Origin: an uncultured Clostridia bacterium
GTDB lineage: Bacteria > Bacillota > Clostridia > Christensenellales > Pumilibacteraceae
Assembly: GCA_947089425.1 (NCBI GenBank)
Contig: CAMUKG010000009.1
Coordinates: 775 to 64,774 of the forward strand
Length of the DNA: 64,000 nucleotides
Direction of reading: 5' to 3'
The position numbers and the translations under genes are program-made. Every line of letters begins with the position of its first letter. Within the stretch, counting starts at the first letter, position 1. A model generated the notes under the pieces. It did not search any database. It was not told the DNA's origin and saw nothing but the letters and a program-made list of their open reading frames with translations. Shown here piece after piece: positions 1-9,090 of the stretch.

Positions 1-2
1 TC

Positions 3-605
3 GGCGCATATTGGGCGCATTGTTTCAAACAGCGGTATATTATAGGGAACAAGGTAATCGACGGAAAAGAGTTTGATTTCAACGGCAAAGGTATTCAGTT
101 TTTCGGAAAGTGCATTTGTTGGGTGTTGCTCACTCTTGTTACGTTCGGCATATATTCGTTCTGGCTCACCGTTAAAGTTAAAAAGTGGAGTGTGCTCCAC
201 ACCAACACGCGCGAAGCGTTAGCTATTGCCGCCGAATTGGGCGTTGCTGTGGGCGATACTGACGAAAAAGCTCCCAAAGTGGCGAAAGGTTTTGTGTTCA
301 GTGTCGCGGGCTTCTTGTTGGTTTTATTGCAAGACTTTTTTAAGGGTGCTGTGTTAGATTATTTCAAAAATAGTTGGCATTTTGGAGGCTATGGTTGGCT
401 GTTCAATTTATTGATGCAATTAGGTGTTCTTGCTGGGCTCGGGTTGTCTATTGCGGGACTTGTTTTAAATAAAAAAGATAAAGCTCTTGACCCTAAAATT
501 GCTCCATATATAATAATCGTTTCTATTGCCTCTATTGTAATTTGCGGTGCATTCTTTTTATTTAATCTGTTTGCGCGATTTGGTATGTTTAGAATCTTTT
601 TATAA
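3..605 (+). CDS. DUF898/YjgN-like membrane protein, 5'-truncated by the window edge
   Basis: Frame is open from position 3 (GAYWAHCFKQRYIIGNKVIDGKEFDFNGKGIQFFGKCICWVLLTLVTFGIYSFW...), upstream of the ORF-track start at 123. IDGK-F-F-G-G plus LLTLVTFGIY-FW resembles DUF898; several hydrophobic segments follow. Confidence 0.55.
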   Translation, partial: GAYWAHCFKQRYIIGNKVIDGKEFDFNGKGIQFFGKCICWVLLTLVTFGIYSFWLTVKVKKWSVLHTNTREALAIAAELGVAVGDTDEKAPKVAKGFVFSVAGFLLVLLQDFFKGAVLDYFKNSWHFGGYGWLFNLLMQLGVLAGLGLSIAGLVLNKKDKALDPKIAPYIIIVSIASIVICGAFFLFNLFARFGMFRIFL

Positions 606-609
606 GGTT

Positions 610-647
610 AAAAACGCCGCCCGATAAAAAATTCGGGCGGCGTTTTT
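610..647. terminator. Bidirectional intrinsic terminator
   Basis: Perfect 15-bp inverted repeat AAAAACGCCGCCCGA/TCGGGCGGCGTTTTT between convergent genes. Confidence 0.85.
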
Positions 648-670
648 GTATGCGTTTATTTACTTGAAAA

Positions 671-2338
671 TTAAAGATTTCTTGCGCTTTGAATGTTGAT
701 TGCGCTTATCAGAGCTTTTATGGAAGCCGACATAATGTCGGTGTCTATTCCCGCGCCGAAATAAGGTTTGCCGCCTATATTCGATATGCCCACATAGGCG
801 CATGCGCGCGACGCGGAGCCGCTTTCGAGGGCATGCTCGGAATAGGTTGTAATTGAAAAATTCAGCTTTAAAGCGTCTTTAAGGGCGTTTGCGGCGGCGT
901 CTAACTGTCCGTTGCCATTACCGCTAATCGAAATAGCGTTGCCGTGACGCATTACGCGCATAGAAATTTGCACTTTGCCCTCGTTTTTTCCGAAAGTGAA
1001 ATCAAGCAGTTCTACGGGAGTGACTATATTCGCGTATTCGCGCAAAAAAACGTCGCGCACTTCGTCGCACGTAAGTTCGCGGTGAAGCTTGTCGGACGCG
1101 TCTTTAACTTTGTAGCCCACGTTTTCGCGCATGGCGGCGGGAAGGGAGAAACCGTATTTCTGTTCGAGAATGTAGCCTATGCCGCCTTTGCCGCTTTGCG
1201 AGTTTATGCGAATTACGTCGGCGTCGTAGTTGCGTCCCACGTCTACGGGGTCAATGGGTAAATAGGGAACGCTCCACACTCCGCCGCCCGCTTTCTCGCG
1301 ACATGCGAGTCCTTTTGCGATTGCGTCTTGGTGCGAGCCCGAAAACGCTGTGAACACCAAAGCGCCCGAATACGGTTGGCGGGGATTAACCGCCATTCCG
1401 CTCAGCCTCTCGTAAGCTTCCACAAGTTCGGGGAGAGCGGAGAAGTCGAGTTCGGGTTCTACGCCGTGCATTGCCATGTTCATGCCGAGCGTGATAATAT
1501 CCACGTTTCCCGTGCGCTCGCCGTTGCCGAAAAGAGTGCCCTCCACTCTGTCGCCGCCCGCCAAAAGTCCGAGCTCGGTGTCGGCTACGGCGGTGCCTCT
1601 GTCGTTATGCGGGTGAAGCGATAGCACCACGTTTTCGCGGCAATGAAGATTTTTCGACATGTATTCCACTTGGCTCGCGTAAATGTGCGGCAAACTCATT
1701 TCCACAGTTACGGGAAGATTGATTATAACTTTTTTGTTTGGCGACGGGCGGAACACGTCTAAAACCGCGTTGCAAACTTCGAGAGCATATTCGGGTTCGG
1801 TGCCCGTGAAACTTTCGGGAGAATACTCGAACAAAAAGTTGCCGTCGGTCTCGTCGGCAAGCTTTTTCAAGAGTATTGCTCCGTCGACCGCTATTTTTTT
1901 GATTTCTTGCTTACTCTTTTTGAACACTTGTTCGCGTTGAGCCACGCTCGTGGAATTATATAAGTGCACAATCGCTTTTTTCGCGCCTTTGATTGCGTCG
2001 AACGTTTTTTTGATTATGTGTTCGCGCGCTTGCGTGAGCACTTGAATGGTCACGTCGTCGGGAATGAGTCCGTCGTCTATAAGTTTGCGGCAAAACGCAT
2101 ATTCCGTTTCGCTCGCGGCGGGGAAGCCGATTTCTATTTCTTTAAAACCCACTTTCACGAGAAGACCGAAGAACTCGACTTTCTCTTCCAAACTCATGGG
2201 GTTTATGAGCGCTTGATTGCCGTCGCGCAAATCCACGCTGCACCATGCGGGCGCACGCTCTATATATTCGCGTTTTGTCCATTCGAGCGACTCGGCGGGC
2301 GGCATAAAGTAGCCGCGTTTATATTTTTTTGTATTCAT
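671..2338 (-). CDS. leuA: 2-isopropylmalate synthase (yeast-type LeuA)
   Basis: WCSVDLRDGNQAL, HPHNDRG, GTLFGNGERTGNVD, AFSGSHQDAI motifs; C-terminal leucine-binding regulatory domain present. Confidence 0.95.
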   Translation of the reverse strand: MNTKKYKRGYFMPPAESLEWTKREYIERAPAWCSVDLRDGNQALINPMSLEEKVEFFGLLVKVGFKEIEIGFPAASETEYAFCRKLIDDGLIPDDVTIQVLTQAREHIIKKTFDAIKGAKKAIVHLYNSTSVAQREQVFKKSKQEIKKIAVDGAILLKKLADETDGNFLFEYSPESFTGTEPEYALEVCNAVLDVFRPSPNKKVIINLPVTVEMSLPHIYASQVEYMSKNLHCRENVVLSLHPHNDRGTAVADTELGLLAGGDRVEGTLFGNGERTGNVDIITLGMNMAMHGVEPELDFSALPELVEAYERLSGMAVNPRQPYSGALVFTAFSGSHQDAIAKGLACREKAGGGVWSVPYLPIDPVDVGRNYDADVIRINSQSGKGGIGYILEQKYGFSLPAAMRENVGYKVKDASDKLHRELTCDEVRDVFLREYANIVTPVELLDFTFGKNEGKVQISMRVMRHGNAISISGNGNGQLDAAANALKDALKLNFSITTYSEHALESGSASRACAYVGISNIGGKPYFGAGIDTDIMSASIKALISAINIQSARNL

Positions 2339-2364
2339 ATTTACGGTGCTCCTTATTTTGCGTT

Positions 2365-2393
2365 ATTTTACCTTATAACGCAAATATTGTCAA
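2365..2393 (-). promoter_or_regulatory. sigma-A promoter of leuA
   Basis: Minus strand TTGACA (2393-2388), 17-nt spacer, TAAAAT (2370-2365); SD AAGGAG ahead of the ATG. Confidence 0.75.
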
Positions 2394-2413
2394 GCGAAAG
2401 GGGTCTAATTTAT

Positions 2414-2442
2414 TTGTCAAAAAAACGCCGATATGATATACT
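2414..2442 (+). promoter_or_regulatory. sigma-A promoter of guaA (extended -10)
   Basis: TTGTCA (2414-2419), 17-nt spacer, TGa-TATACT (2437-2442); divergent from the leuA promoter. Confidence 0.7.
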
Positions 2443-2495
2443 CTTACGGTATAGACATACAATATATGCCTAAAATTAAGCGAGAGGTTATTCAA

Positions 2496-4022
2496 ATGAA
2501 AAAGCAGACTGTTTTGGTGCTTGACTTCGGCGGGCAGTACAATCAGCTTATCGCGCGCAGGGTGCGCGAACAAAACGTGTATTGCGAGCTTTTGCCGTAT
2601 AATATTTCGTTAGAAAAAATTAAATCTTATAATCCCATAGGCATTATTTTCACGGGCGGACCGAACAGCTCGTATTCGGAATCGGCGCCAAAGCCTGCGC
2701 CCGAAGTGTTCGAACTCGGAATACCCGTTCTCGGAATATGCTACGGTTACCAAATAATGGCGCTTCATTTCGGAGGAAAAGTGGCGTCGGGTCCTCGCGA
2801 ATACGGCAAACAGGCTTTTGCTCATAACGGCGGCAAGCTGTTCGAGGGCGTGCCCAAAGAGAGCGACTGCTGGATGAGCCACACCGATTATGTGGCGGAG
2901 CTTCCCGACGGATTTAAAGCGACGGCGAGCACAAAAACGTGCTCAATAGTTGCGTTTGAAAACGAAAAGAAAAAAATGTACGGCGTGCAATTCCATCCCG
3001 AAGTTATGCACACCAAATACGGCACCGAAATTTTGCGCAACTTTTTGTATTCGGTTTGCGGAGCGAAAGGCGACTGGGTTATGTCCGACTTCGTTAAAAC
3101 CGCAGTTGCCGACCTTAAAGCTCGCATAGGAGACAAAAAAGTTCTTTGCGCTCTTTCGGGCGGGGTAGATAGCGCCGTTGCCGCAACGCTCATACACAAA
3201 GCTTGCCCCAACCTCGTTTGCATTTTCGTTGACCACGGGCTTTTGAGAAAATACGAATCGGAAGAAGTTATGCGCGTGTTCAAGGACGAAATGGGAATGA
3301 ACCTTATTCGCGCCGACGCGAGCAAACGGTTCCTTTCGCTTTTAAAGGGCGTAACCGAGCCCGAGAAAAAGCGCAAAATAATAGGCGCGGAATTTATTCG
3401 CGTGTTCGAAGAAGAGGCTAAGAAAATAGGAAAAGTGGACTACCTCGTTCAAGGCACGATATATCCCGACGTTATCGAATCGGGACTCGGCGGAAGCGCG
3501 ACAATAAAGAGCCACCACAATGTGGGCGGACTTCCCGACGTGGTGGACTTTAAAGAAATCGTCGAGCCGCTTCGCGACTTATTTAAAGACGAGGTGCGCA
3601 AAGTGGGCTTCGAGCTCGGACTCCCCGAAAACATAGTTATGCGTCAGCCGTTTCCGGGTCCCGGTCTTGCCATTCGCATAATAGGCGACATAACCGAAGA
3701 CAAGCTCACAATTTTGCGCGACGCCGATTATGTGTTCCGCGACGAAATTGCGAAAGCCAAACTCGACCGCGACATTTGGCAATATTTCGCCGTTCTAACG
3801 GGCGCGCGCAGCGTTGGCGTTATGGGCGACGAAAGGACCTACGACTACACTCTTGCTTTGCGCGGCGTTACGAGCGTAGATGGCATGACCGCCGACTGGG
3901 CTCGCATTCCGTTCGACGTGCTCGAAAAAATTTCCACGCGCATAGTAAACGAAGTTAAGCACATAAACCGCATAGTATACGACATAACGAGCAAGCCCCC
4001 CGCAACAATCGAGTGGGAGTAA
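2496..4022 (+). CDS. guaA: GMP synthase (glutamine-hydrolysing)
   Basis: [52 protein letters not shown]. Start set at ATG 2496 behind GAGAGG, not the ORF-track start 2433. Confidence 0.97.
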   Translation: MKKQTVLVLDFGGQYNQLIARRVREQNVYCELLPYNISLEKIKSYNPIGIIFTGGPNSSYSESAPKPAPEVFELGIPVLGICYGYQIMALHFGGKVASGPREYGKQAFAHNGGKLFEGVPKESDCWMSHTDYVAELPDGFKATASTKTCSIVAFENEKKKMYGVQFHPEVMHTKYGTEILRNFLYSVCGAKGDWVMSDFVKTAVADLKARIGDKKVLCALSGGVDSAVAATLIHKACPNLVCIFVDHGLLRKYESEEVMRVFKDEMGMNLIRADASKRFLSLLKGVTEPEKKRKIIGAEFIRVFEEEAKKIGKVDYLVQGTIYPDVIESGLGGSATIKSHHNVGGLPDVVDFKEIVEPLRDLFKDEVRKVGFELGLPENIVMRQPFPGPGLAIRIIGDITEDKLTILRDADYVFRDEIAKAKLDRDIWQYFAVLTGARSVGVMGDERTYDYTLALRGVTSVDGMTADWARIPFDVLEKISTRIVNEVKHINRIVYDITSKPPATIEWE

Positions 4023-4051
4023 AATAACTATTTTCGGTTGCCGATAGATAA

Positions 4052-4372
4052 ATTTTCGTTACTTTGCCGTTCGTGGGAAGCAAAAAGGGGAACAGCGATT
4101 CGCAAGAGGCAAACTTCGGCTATATTTTCGGCGGGGCCTCTTATCAGGGCGGAACGTCGGTTAGGCAATATTATAAGAACGATACTTTTGCTAATAATTA
4201 TTTTTACATTCCCTCTACCTTGCGAACGGTTAAAATCACAAACGAAACTGTTATAAATTACGGTGCGTTCCAAAATTGCTCTATGTTGACGTCCATTACA
4301 ATCAACTCGGGAGCCCAAAATAACGTCGGAACAAAAGCGTTTGAAAATACCGCTACGCCTACGTGGATTTAA
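4052..4372 (+). pseudogene. C-terminal remnant of a BspA/TpLRR-type leucine-rich-repeat surface protein
   Basis: Open frame IFVTLPFVG...NFGYIFGG...IPSTLRTVKIT...INYGAFQNCSMLTSITIN...KAFENTATPTWI*, preceded in frame by TAA at 4049-4051; no SD and no signal peptide. Confidence 0.7.
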
Positions 4373-4400
4373 TAGCAAACATAAATCGGAAATAAAATTG

Positions 4401-4442
4401 AACGCGCCTCGAAAGTTTTGTTCAACTTTCGAGGCGCGTTTT
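4401..4442. terminator. Intrinsic terminator, copy 1 of a repeated LRR 3' element
   Basis: AACGCGCCTCGAAAGTT / AACTTTCGAGGCGCGTT perfect arms; a near-identical hairpin lies at 54325-54368. Confidence 0.85.
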
Positions 4443-4482
4443 AAAAAGAGGGCTCGGCTAAAAGTTTATGCAATTCAAACGA

Positions 4483-5004
4483 CTAAAATTTTTGCATACT
4501 CTTGCCCGTGAAGCGCGCGGCGGTTTGCATTAAAGCCTTTTCCGTTTGGTCGGGTTCTTCATCGGTGAAGAGCACGAGCGCGCCGAAAACTCCCGTTTCG
4601 CCGAACACGGGATAGAATGCGGCGAACTTGCTGCGGAATTTTATGCCCGCTTCGGCACACGAGAGAACGGTGCTTTTTTGTTCGCTTGCGGCAGTCTTCG
4701 CCTCTTCCGAGAGTTCTTCGCCCGTAAGTTCGTGTTTGCCCGAGCCCGAGAATTCGAGCCACTCTTCGCACGAACAAACGCCGAGCGGTTTGTCGGTGTG
4801 CTCGTTGAGTACCGAAAGCGCAATCGCGCCCACGCTTTTGAGTTGAGCCGAGAGGTCGACTTTGCGAATAAGAATTTCGCCGCTCGAAAGCGCGCGCATT
4901 TCGAGAGGGTCGCCCACCTCTATTCTGTTGAGTTTTCTGAATTCGCGCGGTATTACTATTCTGCCGAGCGCGTCCAACCTGCGGATAATACCCGTTTCTT
5001 CCAT
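4483..5004 (-). CDS. spoVT: Stage V sporulation protein T (AbrB-type N-terminal domain plus GAF-like C-terminal domain)
   Basis: TGIIRRLDALGRIVIPREFR AbrB/SpoVT motif; ATG at 5004 behind AAAGGAG. Confidence 0.8.
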   Translation of the reverse strand: MEETGIIRRLDALGRIVIPREFRKLNRIEVGDPLEMRALSSGEILIRKVDLSAQLKSVGAIALSVLNEHTDKPLGVCSCEEWLEFSGSGKHELTGEELSEEAKTAASEQKSTVLSCAEAGIKFRSKFAAFYPVFGETGVFGALVLFTDEEPDQTEKALMQTAARFTGKSMQKF

Positions 5005-5091
5005 TTGACTGTCTCCTTTTCGAATGTTATGTTTTATTAAGCGGAGCATTTATGCGCGAAAATCCGGTTCGAGTATATAATGCTCCGCTTT

Positions 5092-5121
5092 TAGCATGTG
5101 GCAACTAAGCACAAAATATGT
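5092..5121 (-). promoter_or_regulatory. Possible sigma-G-like promoter of spoVT
   Basis: Minus strand ACATA-N18-CATGCTA resembles the forespore sigma-G consensus; spoVT is sigma-G-dependent in characterised Firmicutes. Confidence 0.35.
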
Positions 5122-5149
5122 AAAAGCCGTTATAGTTGAGGGGTTTTAA

Positions 5150-5178
5150 TTGACTATTTAAAGAGTTTAATGTATAAT
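5150..5178 (+). promoter_or_regulatory. sigma-A promoter
   Basis: TTGACT-N17-TATAAT. Confidence 0.75.
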
Positions 5179-5245
5179 ACATATGAAAACGCTTTGCTCG
5201 TCAATGCGTTTTCGCGTTGTAATAACTTTAAAGGCTACGGCGTTT

Positions 5246-5632
5246 ATGAAGATTCCCGCAACTATCGATTTCGTCACGTTGCAAAACGGGCGCGAAGAAT
5301 TTACTGCCGACGGTTTCGTCGAGCTAAAAGATTCTTCGGTTAGAATAAGTTATGTTGCCGATTCGTATTCGCTTTCGGTGGAATACCGCGCGGGAGTAGT
5401 TACGGTAATCAGAAGCGGCGAGCATAGCTATAAAGCGTTTTTTTGCGAGGGGCGCGAAACCGTTTTCGAAACAGCGGGCTTTTCGTTGCCGCTTTTTACC
5501 GAGAAACTGCGTTTCAAAGCGGGCGAGCATAGAGTGCATTTGTCGGCAAAATATTCTCTCGGCGGCAAAAATTCAGACGCTACTACGGTAATATTACATG
5601 CCGAGTATTATAAAAATTCGGAGGAACTATGA
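5246..5632 (+). CDS. DUF1934-like small beta-rich protein
   Basis: Pattern (VTVIRSGE...FCEGRET...TEKL) resembles DUF1934. The ORF-track ATG 5183 overlaps the predicted transcription start, so ATG 5246 is preferred. Confidence 0.5.
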   Translation: MKIPATIDFVTLQNGREEFTADGFVELKDSSVRISYVADSYSLSVEYRAGVVTVIRSGEHSYKAFFCEGRETVFETAGFSLPLFTEKLRFKAGEHRVHLSAKYSLGGKNSDATTVILHAEYYKNSEEL

Positions 5633-6291
5633 AAATTCAGTGGCTTGGACATTCCGCTTTCCGACTGACGGAAAGTACGGGCGCGAGCATAATAACCGAC
5701 CCTTTCGACCCGATTATGGTGGGTTATGAAATGGCGTGTCTTCCGTGCGACGCGGTTACAAGCAGTCATGGGCATGACGACCACAACTATTTTAAAGGCG
5801 TGCAAGGGAACCCCGTTATTATAAACGAGTCGGGTTCGTTCGACGTGAACGGAATTGCTATTCACGGCGTGCTCGCCAGCCACGACCCCGAAGAGGGCGC
5901 ATTGCGCGGCAAAAACATTATTTATCAATTCAGACTCGACGGCGTTGCGGTGTGTCATTTGGGCGACATAGGCGAGCCATGCACCCCCGAGCTAATAGAA
6001 CAGCTTAACCCCGTGAATATTTTGCTCATTCCCGTAGGCGGCAACTACACGATTGACGCGGAGCAAGCGAAAGAATACGTTGACCACATAATGCCCGACG
6101 TGGTTATTCCCATGCATTTCAAAACCCGCCGCACCGAACTCGATATAGACAAGGTGGAAAACTTTTTGCGTCTGTTCGACGACGAAACCGTTGTGGAACA
6201 CGACGGCGACGTGCTCGAATTCGACCGCTACGACTTCGACGGTGCGGGCACGAAGATAATACTTCCCAAACGCTATAAAGAGGAAAAATAA
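5629..6291 (+). CDS. MBL-fold metal-dependent hydrolase
   Basis: IQWLGHSAF, TDPF, SHGHDDHN, HLGD, PVGG-YT, IPMHFKT motifs. Confidence 0.85.
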   Translation: MKIQWLGHSAFRLTESTGASIITDPFDPIMVGYEMACLPCDAVTSSHGHDDHNYFKGVQGNPVIINESGSFDVNGIAIHGVLASHDPEEGALRGKNIIYQFRLDGVAVCHLGDIGEPCTPELIEQLNPVNILLIPVGGNYTIDAEQAKEYVDHIMPDVVIPMHFKTRRTELDIDKVENFLRLFDDETVVEHDGDVLEFDRYDFDGAGTKIILPKRYKEEK

Positions 6292-6544
6292 AAGGTATTA
6301 ACGACAGGGCAAGCTTTGTACTCGCGCGTTCCGCGCGCTGTCCCGCAGTCGTGCTACGGGACAAACCTTTTGTCGGCGTCGCAAATTTGCCTTTGCAAGC
6401 AAATTTGCTTCCTTGAATAAAATCTCGTTTAAACGCTTGCTTTATTACATAATAATGTGATATAATATTTCGGTAACGGTTTAATAACGGCGTTTTTTTG
6501 TGCGTTTGCCGTTTTAGGTATAAGTTTGGAGGTCGGTTCACGAC

Positions 6545-6847
6545 ATGAAGAATTTTTTGTTTTCGGTGCCCCGTTGGGTAAGTAATTCTTTTCCCACGAT
6601 TCGCTTGGTGCTTTTAATAGCAATGGTGGTTCTTGCTTTGGCTATGATTGTGGTGGTGCTCTTTCAACCGTCGTCGGGCGAAGGAATGGGCGCTATTTCG
6701 GGGCAAGTATCCGACACTTTCTATTCTAAAAATAAAGGACGTTCGCTCGAAGGGATTATGAAGCGTCTCACCATTGTGCTGGCGATATGTCTTTTCGTTA
6801 TATCCATTCTTTTCTTCGTTACCGTAGTAGTTTATCCGGTGGCGTAA
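6545..6847 (+). CDS. secG: Preprotein translocase subunit SecG
   Basis: Two TM segments flanking VLFQPSSGEGMGAISG; directly upstream of rnr, the usual Firmicute order. Confidence 0.85.
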   Translation: MKNFLFSVPRWVSNSFPTIRLVLLIAMVVLALAMIVVVLFQPSSGEGMGAISGQVSDTFYSKNKGRSLEGIMKRLTIVLAICLFVISILFFVTVVVYPVA

Positions 6848-6877
6848 AAAGAGGTTTGAAAATTCGGTTGAATAACG

Positions 6878-6905
6878 AGAGCGGGCGATTTTTCCCGCTC
6901 TTTTG
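6878..6905 (+). terminator. Intrinsic terminator after secG
   Basis: GAGCGGG/CCCGCTC stem followed by a T-tract. Confidence 0.65.
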
Positions 6906-6984
6906 TTTTTTTACACAGAACGGCGGCAACATGTTGAAAGTACAGAATTTCCTATAAAATGAAAACAAGAGGCAAAAAAATAAA

Positions 6985-9015
6985 ATGAGTAAAGAAAAAA
7001 GAAAAAATAAAAACGGCGGAGCGGCAAAGTCGGGGAATAAGTCTCGCGCTTCGCAAAAGAACGTTAAATCGAAAAAGCGCGCCGCAACGGGCTACGGCGC
7101 GAAAAACTTTACCGAACACGAAAAGTATACGGGAAAAATAGACGCAAGCAGCAAAGGTTTCGGATTTTTAATACGCGACGACGGCGGCGAAGATTTGTTT
7201 ATTCCCGCGCGCGACATGAACACCGCTATCGGCGGCGACAGAGTTGTTGCCGAGCGCACGGGGCACGGCAGAGGCGCGGGCGAAGCGCGAGTGCTCGAAG
7301 TTACCGAGCGAGCTAACACGAGCGTTGTGGGCACATATTGCCGCGATGGTAATTTCGGCTACGTGGTTGCCGACAACAGCCGTCTCGGAACGGATATTTT
7401 CGTTAAAAACGAGCACAGCGGCGGCGCAAAGAACGGCGAGAAAGTGGTGGTTAAAATTCTGTCGTATCCTCCTATGCGTCGCCCCGACGGAGAAATTATC
7501 GAAGTGCTCGGGTTCCCCGACGAAGCGGGAGTTGACGTTTTGAGCATTATACGCGCGCACGATTTGCACGAGAATTTTCCGCTCGGAGTAATTGAAGAGA
7601 GCGGGCGTATTCCCGAGAGCGTGAGCGAAGAAATGCTCGCGGGGCGCAAAGACTATCGCGACGAACTTATAATAACAATCGACGGCGACGACTCGCGAGA
7701 CTTCGACGACGCCGTAACTCTATCGCGCGCCAAAGACGGATTATTCCGTTTGGGCGTGCATATCGCCGACGTGGCGGAATATGTGCGGCGGGGCACCAAG
7801 CTCGATAAAGAGGCGTATGCTCGCGGTACGAGCGTATATTTTCCCGACAGAGTTATTCCCATGTTGCCCGAAAAATTGAGCAACGGAATTTGCTCGCTCA
7901 ACGAAGGCGAGGATAGGCTTACGCTGTCGGTTATAATGCATTTCGACAATTTGGGCAATATAGTTAAGCACAAAATACGCGAGGGAGTTATTCGCTCCCG
8001 CGCGCGCATGACGTATTCGCAGGTTGCCGCCATCTTGGACGGAGACAAAAAATTACGCGAGCGTTACGCGCCTATCGTGCCTATGCTCGAAGAAATGAAA
8101 TTACTCGCCGAACTTCTTCGCAATCGCCGCACCGAGCGAGGCAATATAGAGTTCGACATTCCCGAGTGCAAAATAGTGCTCGACGAGAACGGACGCACGA
8201 CCGACGTGGTTAAGAGCAAGCAACTTGTGTCGCACAAAATAATAGAGGAGTTTATGCTTGCGTGTAACGAGACCGTTGCCGAACATTTCGTGCGCGAAAA
8301 GGCGCCGTTTGTTTTCCGTGCTCACGCCGCGCCTCCCGCCGAAAAAGTGCAAACTCTCGTGTCGTTCGTGTCGGCGCTCGGGCTTACTTTCAAAGGGAAT
8401 TTGAATGCGCCGCAAAGCATCGATTTCGCCCGTTTTCTCGCGTCGCTCGATTCGAACGTTTCGGGAGTGGTGAACCGCGTGGCGCTTAGAAGCATGAGTA
8501 AAGCCGCCTACGAGCCGAACAACATAGGGCATTTCGGGCTTGCCGCGCCTTACTATTGCCATTTCACTTCGCCTATACGCCGCTATCCCGACTTAATGAT
8601 TCATCGCATAATAAAAGATTTTTTGCATAACGGAGAAAAGGCTTTTAAGAAATACGCCGACGCAGTGGGCGATGTGGCAAAGCACAGTTCGGAGCGCGAA
8701 AAACTTGCCGAAGCCGCCGAGCGAAAGGTTGACGACCTCAAAAAAGCGGAATACATGCGCGACAAAATCGGCGAAAAGTATTCGGGAATTATATCGGGCG
8801 TCACCGAGTGGGGAATATTCGTGGAACTCGACAATACTGTCGAGGGGCTCGTCCGTACCGAGAATTTGCCGGGCGGCGGCTATGTTTTCAATGCCGACCT
8901 GTTCCGTCTCGACAGTCCGTCAAGCACGTTTAAGCTCGGCGACTCGGTGAATATTGAGGTGGAAAAAGTGACGGGCGACAGAGTTTCGTTCAAGCTTTGC
9001 GAGTCCGAAAAATAG
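6985..9015 (+). CDS. rnr: Ribonuclease R
   Basis: Cold-shock domains (KGFGFL), RNB catalytic TIDGDDSRDFDDA, HFGL and HFTSPIRRYPDL, C-terminal S1 domain. Confidence 0.93.
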   Translation: MSKEKRKNKNGGAAKSGNKSRASQKNVKSKKRAATGYGAKNFTEHEKYTGKIDASSKGFGFLIRDDGGEDLFIPARDMNTAIGGDRVVAERTGHGRGAGEARVLEVTERANTSVVGTYCRDGNFGYVVADNSRLGTDIFVKNEHSGGAKNGEKVVVKILSYPPMRRPDGEIIEVLGFPDEAGVDVLSIIRAHDLHENFPLGVIEESGRIPESVSEEMLAGRKDYRDELIITIDGDDSRDFDDAVTLSRAKDGLFRLGVHIADVAEYVRRGTKLDKEAYARGTSVYFPDRVIPMLPEKLSNGICSLNEGEDRLTLSVIMHFDNLGNIVKHKIREGVIRSRARMTYSQVAAILDGDKKLRERYAPIVPMLEEMKLLAELLRNRRTERGNIEFDIPECKIVLDENGRTTDVVKSKQLVSHKIIEEFMLACNETVAEHFVREKAPFVFRAHAAPPAEKVQTLVSFVSALGLTFKGNLNAPQSIDFARFLASLDSNVSGVVNRVALRSMSKAAYEPNNIGHFGLAAPYYCHFTSPIRRYPDLMIHRIIKDFLHNGEKAFKKYADAVGDVAKHSSEREKLAEAAERKVDDLKKAEYMRDKIGEKYSGIISGVTEWGIFVELDNTVEGLVRTENLPGGGYVFNADLFRLDSPSSTFKLGDSVNIEVEKVTGDRVSFKLCESEK

Positions 9016-9090
9016 TTTTTAAAAAAATGTATAAAATTTACCAAAGGGAAAAATACTAAGCCTAACAAAATAAAAAGGACGGTATTTTTT

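Noticed and set aside
4028-4378. ORF-track ORFs 4028-4378 (-) and 4038-4256 (+)
   Set aside because: Alternative frames over the LRR remnant, without motifs or SD.
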